NCBI GenBank assembly: GCA_027619375.1
Contig: JAQCFL010000002.1
Coordinates: forward strand, 1,663-65,662
DNA: 64,000 nt
Direction of reading: 5' to 3'
Origin: Verrucomicrobiota bacterium
Lineage (GTDB): Bacteria; Verrucomicrobiota; Verrucomicrobiia; Verrucomicrobiales; Akkermansiaceae
Positions 52,686 to 59,903 of the stretch are shown piece by piece. Position 1 is the stretch's first letter. Each line of letters begins with the position of its first letter. Both the position numbers and the translations under genes were made by a program. Below the pieces are notes generated by a model. It worked only from the letters and a program-made list of their open reading frames with translations, searched no databases and was not told the DNA's origin.

Positions 52686-53324
52686 ATGAAGATGAATCTC
52701 GTGTCCCCTACCATCAGAGCCCTTCCGATTCTCGTTGCCTTAGTTCTCCTCGGCGGTTGCAGCGAAGATAGCAAGCGGGTGATCCGAGTCACTACGCAGC
52801 TCTCTGGTGCTTCGCCACACGAAGTAATGGAAACGTTGGTGCTACGCATAGAGTTCCAATTGATTGGATTGCCGGGCGTCGATTCGATTACTTCAATCAG
52901 CTCGATCGGGAGTCTTGAGACCTACGTCCTCGTAGCGCAGGAAGGGGACATCGATGAAATGATCACCCGTGTGGAGGAGGAATTATCAAACGCTGAGCTT
53001 CCGTTTGCAGCGACCGCCCCCACCGTGGAACCATTGCCGTCTACCACGAGCATTCCAGCAGTGAGCCCAACTGACATTTATTGCATCGTGGTCGATCTGG
53101 ACCTGGAGGCAATTGCGCGCTACGGCATTTCGCACTCGAAGGTCGTTTCGGCCATGCAGGAACAAGCTGGCGGGAGTGCTTCCGATATGAGCCGATTGAA
53201 GAGTCTACGTGCGATCCACTTCTCCAACATCGGCAACCGCACGGTTTCGCTAGAGGAACTGGCGGAGATTCGAGTAGAGAAGCAGCCCAGCCATGTCGTC
53301 ACGCGTTGGCCGACCGAGGACTAG
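52686..53324 (+). CDS. Lipoprotein resembling the N-terminal periplasmic porter subdomains of RND (AcrB/CzcA) transporters
   Basis: The ATG at 52686 gives MKMNLVSPTIRALPILVALVLLGGC (lipobox). Next comes IRVTTQLSGASPHEVMETLVLRIEFQLIGLPGVDSITSISSIGSLETYVL...DIDEMITRVEEELSNAELP..., like the ypGAsaeeVe..Vt..iE..l.g..gv..i.S.S pattern that follows TM1 in RND pumps. The local GC is lower. Confidence 0.55.
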   Translation: MKMNLVSPTIRALPILVALVLLGGCSEDSKRVIRVTTQLSGASPHEVMETLVLRIEFQLIGLPGVDSITSISSIGSLETYVLVAQEGDIDEMITRVEEELSNAELPFAATAPTVEPLPSTTSIPAVSPTDIYCIVVDLDLEAIARYGISHSKVVSAMQEQAGGSASDMSRLKSLRAIHFSNIGNRTVSLEELAEIRVEKQPSHVVTRWPTED

Positions 53325-53469
53325 TAATGCACAATCGGGCAGAACAAGACGCAGCAGAGCAACAGATGGGGCGGCCTTGTACTCGGAACTGTAGGGGCAT
53401 TCAAGTGTCTATCGAGCAGCGACGCGCCCCCTCGCCCCATCTGTGCCTGTGCTATGACGTTGGCAATGA

Positions 53470-53952
53470 ATGAATAAGCAAAGCCTCGGTTGGATGCTTC
53501 TGGTGGCCGGAATTGTCGCAATCGCTTCAAGCTGGTTCAGCATTCGGCCATCTTCAGCGCACCGTTATGACGAACTCACTGACCGCGAAGCTGCGGCACC
53601 AGGTTGGGTGACAGCCGAAGGGTGGGTCATGAGCAAGGACGATGAGGGCTTCACCGCCTTAGCCCTCATCTTCGTGGGGCCCGGATCGATGACCTGTCCC
53701 TTGTTTATGTGGTCCCTTGGTTTTGTGCTAACACTTTTCTACACCGATCCTTTGGCCATTGTTCCTGCCCCAGTTCAAAGCAGTGTCCCGTTGTTACGCA
53801 GGGCCGGTTTTGGCTTGGATTCAAAGCTGGATAACTTCATCGTTTGCCCAGTTCGGATTTGTAACGCATCATGTTGGCAAGCGACCCCACAAGGACGGCG
53901 AGGAAGGGAAAATTTCGGCACGTGGCGTCCTGTCTCCTGCCGCAGATGTTGA
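53470..53952 (+). CDS. Hypothetical membrane protein (3' end overlaps next gene; uncertain)
   Basis: 160-aa ORF. The first ~100 aa have plausible TM helices (WMLLVAGIVAIASSWF; LALIFVGPGSMTCPLFMWSLGFVLTLFY). The tail is Arg/Cys-rich and overlaps 53871..54968. Confidence 0.35.
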   Translation: MNKQSLGWMLLVAGIVAIASSWFSIRPSSAHRYDELTDREAAAPGWVTAEGWVMSKDDEGFTALALIFVGPGSMTCPLFMWSLGFVLTLFYTDPLAIVPAPVQSSVPLLRRAGFGLDSKLDNFIVCPVRICNASCWQATPQGRRGRENFGTWRPVSCRRC

Positions 53953-54968
53953 TCGGGCTTCTGGTCCTCGGGATTTGGCGCGGCGGGTTCTGGCTCATGC
54001 CGCTGACTGTCTTCCTGATGGTCCTGGTGCCGATTCTGGATTTGCTGACCGGTTGGCAGGATGACGAGCATTTTGAGACGAGCGATTTTTCGCGGGCCCA
54101 GGTTGTGTTGCTCCGTTGGAACACGCGATTGTATGCGGTGGGATACATGGCGGCCCTGGTCTATGTGGTGCTGAACATTGATCGCTTCAGTGGGCTTGAA
54201 TTCGGGTTGCTGGTCAGCGGGATGGGACTGGTGGGAGGGGTTGGTTTCGGCTGCGCTCATGAATTGCTGCATGCGCCGGGCCGGATCGACCAGACGCTGC
54301 AGAAGATCATGACGATTTTCCTGTTCTATCCCCACTACAAGCTCATCCACATCCGCAGCCACCATCACCATGCCGGGACCGATCATGATGAGAACACGGC
54401 CTGGATGAACGAGAGCATCTACTCCTATATTTTCCGCACCATCCCCGGTAGCATGGTGCGGTGCTGGCAGATGGAGGCGAAGCGCCACCGGGCGGTCAGC
54501 AGGGAGTCGTTTTTGAAGGGTTTCCTAATGAACAAGATGGTTCCCTACGCGCTCGGCCAGGTGATTCTGCTTGTGGCGCTTTGGGTGTTTGCGGGGCCGA
54601 TGGGATTGTTGTTCTACGCGGCGCAACTTGTGGTTGGGCACCTCATTCTCGAGTCGGTGAACTACATCCAGCACTATGGACTGCTGCGGAAGTTGAGGGA
54701 TGGAAAGTATGAACGAACCGGGCCGGAACATTCCTGGGACACCTACCATTTCTTTTCCAGCTACGTCACCTTCCGCGTGGGACATCATTCCTATCACCAC
54801 ATTGCGGTGCAGCCCTACTACCTTCTGGATCCTGAACCAGAGGCCCCGAAGTTGCCGGTCGGCTATTTTTGGGCGATTCCGATCGTCCTCCTGCCTCCGG
54901 TCTGGCGGCGTTGGATCAATCCGCGGATCGAGGCTGCGGGCGAGCAGATCGAAGCGGCCGCGGGCTGA
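53871..54968 (+). CDS. AlkB-like integral-membrane di-iron hydroxylase/fatty-acid-desaturase-family protein
   Basis: His boxes are AHELLH and IHIRSHHHH, plus the NYIQHYGL (HYG) motif and GHHSYHH, on a 4-6 TM scaffold. The start could instead be the internal ATG at 53946. Confidence 0.75.
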   Translation: MLASDPTRTARKGKFRHVASCLLPQMLIGLLVLGIWRGGFWLMPLTVFLMVLVPILDLLTGWQDDEHFETSDFSRAQVVLLRWNTRLYAVGYMAALVYVVLNIDRFSGLEFGLLVSGMGLVGGVGFGCAHELLHAPGRIDQTLQKIMTIFLFYPHYKLIHIRSHHHHAGTDHDENTAWMNESIYSYIFRTIPGSMVRCWQMEAKRHRAVSRESFLKGFLMNKMVPYALGQVILLVALWVFAGPMGLLFYAAQLVVGHLILESVNYIQHYGLLRKLRDGKYERTGPEHSWDTYHFFSSYVTFRVGHHSYHHIAVQPYYLLDPEPEAPKLPVGYFWAIPIVLLPPVWRRWINPRIEAAGEQIEAAAG

Positions 54969-55058
54969 GGGCGGGCCTGAATAGATGGCCTGTCCCTTGT
55001 GCTGGGGTCCCCGCGTTCGATTGCAATACGGACGGGCAGAGTAGACACTCCCTTCCGG

Positions 55059-55811
55059 ATGGACGAGTCAACGAAGACAAAGGCCCTGCGACTGCGCAAG
55101 GAGGATGCCGTGCAGCAGATTCTGGCGAAATCGCGCTCCACCAAGGAGGTCGCGGAGGAGTTCGGGATCTCCCACCAGGCTGTCTCGCTCTGGGTTCAAC
55201 GCTACAAGAAGTCCGGCACCCTCCAGGTCGAACGGATGGGACGCAAAAAGATTCCCCCGTTCACCCTAGCGGAGAGACGCCAATTCTCCGCCATGGTGAT
55301 CGCCCTCTACAAAAAGATGGGCTATCGTCTCGGAGACAATGTTCCGGAAGTCGATCAGATCGAGAACGCAACCCTGATCGATTTTCTCAAGCAAATTTCC
55401 GATCGACCGCCTTCTGCACACCAGGCGCACAAGCTCTTGAAAGAGCTCAACCTGCCCCCACACAGTAATCCCTTCACCCGGCTCGACGAGGATGATCAAC
55501 GGGCGAAAACGTTCTATCCTCTTCATGATCCGTTCAAAGCGCCGTCCCCCGAATCCACTGCCGCATCTGGCACGGACCAGCCCGGCACCCGGGACCATCT
55601 CGACGAGGCTGCTCCGAGCACTTCGGAGGAATACGACCAATGGATCAAGGACTCCAAGAGAATCCTCAAGGAGCGAGGGATCGACTACGACCCGGTTCAG
55701 ATGCGCGTCCAAAAGCCCACAAGTCCCGGCGGACGGGGCGGCAAGCAGACCAAGGGGGCCTCACATACTCCTCCGAAACGCCGCAAGAAAAAGGCTCGAA
55801 AACGCCGCTGA
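55059..55811 (+). CDS. Helix-turn-helix protein (transposase-N-terminal-like HTH) with basic C-terminal tail
   Basis: ATG at 55059. KSRSTKEVAEEFGISHQAVSLWVQRYKKSG is an IS630/IS3-type HTH. The C-terminus is PPKRRKKKARKRR. No catalytic transposase domain is present. Confidence 0.6.
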   Translation: MDESTKTKALRLRKEDAVQQILAKSRSTKEVAEEFGISHQAVSLWVQRYKKSGTLQVERMGRKKIPPFTLAERRQFSAMVIALYKKMGYRLGDNVPEVDQIENATLIDFLKQISDRPPSAHQAHKLLKELNLPPHSNPFTRLDEDDQRAKTFYPLHDPFKAPSPESTAASGTDQPGTRDHLDEAAPSTSEEYDQWIKDSKRILKERGIDYDPVQMRVQKPTSPGGRGGKQTKGASHTPPKRRKKKARKRR

Positions 55812-55910
55812 GGGACTCGTTTCCAATCGACCCGAACAGTCTGCCATCGACAGCCGGGGGGACTGAATTTGTCTGGGAACTCGTAGCTGGGAACTGGGAT
55901 CTATGTACAC

Positions 55911-56151
55911 ATCCCGGAGGGATCCCGAGCCATTAGCCGGTGGTTGAGGAGCCGCGCGACGACATCACCGGTCAACCGGCCCACGCGCTCCCGACCCTGG
56001 CAAGGGTCGTAGCCGCCGGGAGAGGTGCAGGGCGGATCGTCCGCCGCTGGCACCCCTGCCGGGGTGCTCTCTTCCGTTGAGCCGCCATTTCCCGGGGTGG
56101 TCGTCGCTTCACTCCTTGACCCCGCGCTAATGGCTTTGATCCCTCCGGGAT
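55911..56151 (+). repeat. Family B TIR miniature element, copy 2
   Basis: ATCCCGGAGGGATCCCGAGCCATTAGCCGGTGGTTGAGG ... GCGCTAATGGCTTTGATCCCTCCGGGAT. It is collinear with the reverse complement of 1161..1402. Confidence 0.7.
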
Positions 56152-56208
56152 GTCGAATCGCCCTTCAGGCAAGCTCTCGCGAGCCTCACTCATGGCCTGG
56201 GAAATAGT

Positions 56209-56625
56209 TTAAGAGGAAAAGGGATTGATCACGCGGACTCCGGCATAGAGCTGGCCGTGGTTGAGGTCTTCGGAGTAGACGGTGGCACATCCGAGCTCGA
56301 CGGCGGCGGCGATGATGGCGCCGTCCCAGTAGGAGATCTGATGGCGCTTCCTGATCGCAAGGGCGGACCAAAAGAGGGCGTCCGTCAGAGCGAGGACGGG
56401 ATAGGTTTCGAGGGACTCGAGAATCCGGATGACCGTGTCTTCGGGGAGTCGGAGCTTCGCGGTCGCGTTGACGTAGAACTCGGCGAGGACTTGGACGGAA
56501 AGTGCGCCTCCGTCCTTGGACAGGAGTCCTCTGGCGATGGTGCGCTTCTCCCGTTCTGCTGGCGCACCGGAGGCGGCGTAGAGAAGGATGTTTGTATCCA
56601 GGAAGAACTCAGCGTGCATGGGCAT
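56209..56625 (-). CDS. vapC: PIN-domain toxin VapC
   Basis: An internal ATG at 56625 gives MPMHAEFFLDTNILLYA. The acidic PIN residues are D in FLDTN, E in LAEFY, D in LTDAL and D in YSEDLN. Confidence 0.75.
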   Translation of the reverse strand: MPMHAEFFLDTNILLYAASGAPAEREKRTIARGLLSKDGGALSVQVLAEFYVNATAKLRLPEDTVIRILESLETYPVLALTDALFWSALAIRKRHQISYWDGAIIAAAVELGCATVYSEDLNHGQLYAGVRVINPFSS

Positions 56626-56839
56626 CGTCGCGCTTGAGGCGATCCCCGGCGGCAAACTCGGGCAGTTCATCCATTGCCGCGAAGAGCGTCTTGGCTCGGT
56701 CGCGGGCGGTCATCTGGGGTCCGGCCAGAACGTGTTCCAAGCCCTGCAGGACCAGCTCACGCAGGGTGGTGCGGCGTTCGGCAGCGAGGACTTTGGCCCG
56801 GTGCACGAGATCGTCGGGCAGCTCAATAGTGGTTTTCAT
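56609..56839 (-). CDS. vapB: Type II antitoxin (VapB-like)
   Basis: An internal ATG at 56839 gives MKTTIELPDDLVHRAKVLAAERRTTLRELVLQGLEHVL (76 aa). It overlaps the vapC start by 17 nt. Confidence 0.6.
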   Translation of the reverse strand: MKTTIELPDDLVHRAKVLAAERRTTLRELVLQGLEHVLAGPQMTARDRAKTLFAAMDELPEFAAGDRLKRDDAHAR

Positions 56840-56885
56840 CACCCGTAGATACAGCTTTACGGGCAAGCTGTCAAGAAGCCGGCCC

Positions 56886-57410
56886 CTACACCACATCCAT
56901 GTCGTCGAACTCCATGTCGTCGCCGCCGGAGGAGTCGAAGTCGACTTCGCGGACGCGTTTGGCGTCGCGGATGAGTTCGACGTGTTTGCGGATCATTTCG
57001 CGGACGGTGATGCCGTCGGGGATGGCCCGCATATCGACCACGGGGTAGGTGCGGTCGGAGGTGGCGAGGTGGATGGTGGAGAGGTTGAACATGCGCTGCA
57101 CGAAGGGGCGGTGGATGGTGGTGTCCTTGACGCGGTAGAGTTCGACCTCGTCGATCTCCTGGTTGAAGACGCCCTTGTAGAGGCGCAGGCGCTGGGTGGT
57201 GACTTCGAAGACGGTGCAGCGGATGACGAGCCATTTCCAGATCATGTAGCCGAGGGGGATGGCGGCTCCGATGATGACGGGGGCCAGCATGAAGGACCCG
57301 GCGATGAAGGCGGCGATGAAGGCGGCGATGAGGAGGAGGCAGGCGCTGAAGACCCAAAAATTCAGGAGTTGGGAGGGGCTGCCTTTCCAGACGGTATCTT
57401 CATCGGACAT
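56886..57410 (-). CDS. Membrane-anchored bacterial PH (bPH_2/YdbS-like) domain protein
   Basis: An internal ATG at 57410 gives MSDEDTVWKGSPSQ.... There are two TM helices, then FEVTTQRLRLYKGVFNQEIDEVELYRVKDTTI...STIHLATSD. The upstream 189 codons of the track ORF are Arg/Pro-rich. Confidence 0.7.
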   Translation of the reverse strand: MSDEDTVWKGSPSQLLNFWVFSACLLLIAAFIAAFIAGSFMLAPVIIGAAIPLGYMIWKWLVIRCTVFEVTTQRLRLYKGVFNQEIDEVELYRVKDTTIHRPFVQRMFNLSTIHLATSDRTYPVVDMRAIPDGITVREMIRKHVELIRDAKRVREVDFDSSGGDDMEFDDMDVV

Positions 57411-57541
57411 GGCGGGAGAGTCGGGCTTGGGGGGCGGGGTGACAAGTAGAGAAGCGCGGGGCTTTTGTAACTTCGGCGCTACATGCGGGGGAAGTTGTTC
57501 CGGTAAGCCTCGCCGCCGCCGGCGAGGAGGATCTGGGGAGC

Positions 57542-58891
57542 CTATTTGCCCGGGGCGCGCAAGGTCACGGTGTTGACGACCACGCCATTGACGTCGTGGT
57601 GGAGGAGGAGGGCGCCCTGGCCGTCGGCCTTGACGGAGACGAATCCGCCTTTGACGCGGAGAAACTGGTGGGGCGGCAGCTTGCGATCCTGCGACCAGCC
57701 CCCAGCGTGTTGGTCGCTGGCGGGGCCGGAGCCGAACTCCTGGAGGCCGGTTTCGGGGTCGATGGAGTGGTATTGCCAGTGGCGGTCGCCATTGATGACG
57801 ACGCAGCCGGAGATGGAGGAGAGGAACTTGCGAAGACGTTCGCCCTCGATGGCGAATCCCCCGTTGGCGTGGTTGTCGTTCTTCTTCTTGCGATCGGGAC
57901 CGACCACGGGGGTGGCGCTGACGAAGAACTTGTTGGTGGCGTCGCTGTCGCGCATGGTTTGCTCGATCCATTTCCATTGTTCCGCGCCGAAGATGCTCTT
58001 GTCCGGGCCGTCCTTCATGTTGTTGGGGCTGCGGTATTCGCGGCCTTCGGGAAACCAGACCTGCACGTGTTTGCCCCAGCGGAAGGTGCGATAGGGTTTG
58101 TCGCTCTGCGGGATCTGTTCGCGCCAGACCATGAGGCCCTGCTCCCAGGTGAGATCGCCGTAGGTTTGGCCGGGCCAGCAGTCGTTCATGAGGACGTCGT
58201 GGTCATCGTGGAGCCAGTAGGAGGGGACCTGCCGGTGAAATTCGCGGAGGTTGGGGAGGGCGTAGATGCGGTTCCACTTGTAGCGGGCCGTGGCGAGATC
58301 CTTGGCGAAGGGATTGGGCTTGTCGTAGTAGAGGGTGTCGCCGGTTTGCACGAAGAAGGAGGGCTTCAGGGTGAGCATGGACTTGTAGATCTTGTGTCCG
58401 TTGGCGAGGTCGTCGCGGCGGGGGAAGTCCTGGCAGGTGGAGACCACGAAGGTGACGGGTTGGTCGGCGGCGGGGGCGGGGGCGGTGCGGAAGCTGCCGG
58501 TGATGGAGGCGGTTTCCAACTCAGTGTTCTTGGCCCCAGCGATGGCGACTCCGTGGATAGCAAAGAGATATTCAGAGTCTGGCTTGAGGTCTGTCAGGGA
58601 AAACTGATGGCAGAAATCCGTCTTTTTGCTGACCTCCGGATGTTCAGGAGCGAGGACAGTGCCGAGATGACTTAGCATGATGGAGAGGCCGCCTGCAGCT
58701 CCCGGCACCGACCACTGTTTCGGTTCCTGGTCATCCCACTGGTCGATGCGGCGGTCGGCCTCGGGTCGTTCGGTGAGGCGGACCCAGAGGACGGCGCTGG
58801 TATCGGTGACTTCGCCGATCTTGACGCCATCGGCGAAGCCGACCGCTTGGAGGGGGGTGGCGAGGAGGGCGAGGAAGAGGAGTGCTTTCAC
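57542..58891 (-). CDS. PhoD-like alkaline phosphatase/metallophosphatase
   Basis: The GTG at 58891 gives (V)KALLFLALLATPLQA (signal peptide). The pattern is GEVTDTSAVLWVR (PhoD N-domain), FVVSTCQD, VQTGDTLYYD, WLHDDHD and INGDRHW. Confidence 0.75.
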   Translation of the reverse strand: MKALLFLALLATPLQAVGFADGVKIGEVTDTSAVLWVRLTERPEADRRIDQWDDQEPKQWSVPGAAGGLSIMLSHLGTVLAPEHPEVSKKTDFCHQFSLTDLKPDSEYLFAIHGVAIAGAKNTELETASITGSFRTAPAPAADQPVTFVVSTCQDFPRRDDLANGHKIYKSMLTLKPSFFVQTGDTLYYDKPNPFAKDLATARYKWNRIYALPNLREFHRQVPSYWLHDDHDVLMNDCWPGQTYGDLTWEQGLMVWREQIPQSDKPYRTFRWGKHVQVWFPEGREYRSPNNMKDGPDKSIFGAEQWKWIEQTMRDSDATNKFFVSATPVVGPDRKKKNDNHANGGFAIEGERLRKFLSSISGCVVINGDRHWQYHSIDPETGLQEFGSGPASDQHAGGWSQDRKLPPHQFLRVKGGFVSVKADGQGALLLHHDVNGVVVNTVTLRAPGK

Positions 58892-59112
58892 GGGGAGGAA
58901 ACTGGTGGGCGGGTGGGAATTTGTCAGCTGTGTTTGTGAGGCCGGGGGGATCTGCGCGTTGTGGACGGGGAGGAGAGGGGAGGGAGGGGCGGTGGTGGAA
59001 CCGCCGACGCCCCGCAGGGGCGCCGCTACGCGGAGTGGAGGATCGCGGAGGGGCCGCGCAAGAGCGGTGTCGACGTTCGAAGACTCACTCTGCCAACGCA
59101 GTCCAAAATGCC

Positions 59113-59898
59113 TCAGGCGAGGAGGGCGATCTTGCGGATGAGGAGGAGGCAGGCGAGGGCGATGACGAGGCAGAGGGCGCGTTCGACGCCGCGGCGGGAC
59201 CAGCGGAGGGCACCGTGGGTGGAGCCGAACCAGGCGCCGAGGGCGACGGCGGGGAGGAGGACGAGGAGGGTGGTGAGGCCGGGGGGCCAGCCGTGGGCGA
59301 GGGTGCGGCTGCCGAGGCCGATGGCGGAGTTGATCCAGATGAAGACCGTGCCGCAGGCGGCGGCCTGCTTGGCATCGCCGCGTCCTAACAAGCGGATGAT
59401 CGGCACCAGGTAGATGCCCCCGCCGATGCCGACCACGCCGGCCACGAAGCCCAGAAGGCAGCCGATGAGGATGCCCACCGACCACCAGAGGGCGGGGGAG
59501 GTTTGAGGGTTGGTCCCGGGTTCCCGGAGGGGCCGGAAGGGGGCGAGGAGGAGGCGGAGGAGGACGGCGAGGAGGGAGGCGAGGAGGATCCCGAGGAAGA
59601 CGCCCTGGGGCAGGACGAGACGTCCGCCGAGCCAGGCGCAGGGGATGGAGCCGAGGAGGAAGGGGGCCAGACGGGTCCAGGAAAAGTGGCCGCCGCGGAT
59701 GAAATTGACGCTGCCGATGGTGGTGGCGAAGAGGTTGAAGGTCAGCGAGATGACGGGGATGGTGCCCATCGGGAAGGCGGCGATGGACTGGATCGCGGTG
59801 TAGCTGGATCCACCACCCAGGCCGACCGAGGTGTGGGCGTAGGCGGCGAGGAGGAAGCCGAGCGCGACGAGGGAGAGGACGAGGAAGCCGGGGTCCAC
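59113..59898 (-). CDS. TauE/SafE family sulfite/anion exporter
   Basis: 261 aa, ~8 TM, with duplicated GLGGGSS / GIGGGIYLVP motifs typical of TauE/SafE (DUF81). Confidence 0.8.
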   Translation of the reverse strand: MDPGFLVLSLVALGFLLAAYAHTSVGLGGGSSYTAIQSIAAFPMGTIPVISLTFNLFATTIGSVNFIRGGHFSWTRLAPFLLGSIPCAWLGGRLVLPQGVFLGILLASLLAVLLRLLLAPFRPLREPGTNPQTSPALWWSVGILIGCLLGFVAGVVGIGGGIYLVPIIRLLGRGDAKQAAACGTVFIWINSAIGLGSRTLAHGWPPGLTTLLVLLPAVALGAWFGSTHGALRWSRRGVERALCLVIALACLLLIRKIALLA

Positions 59899-59903
59899 GG
59901 CGG

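Noticed and set aside
55005-55035. tRNA-like T-loop sequence GCGTTCGATTGC downstream of the AlkB-like gene, considered as a possible island attachment tRNA
   Set aside because: There are no flanking complementary stems, no anticodon or D-arm, and no acceptor pairing.
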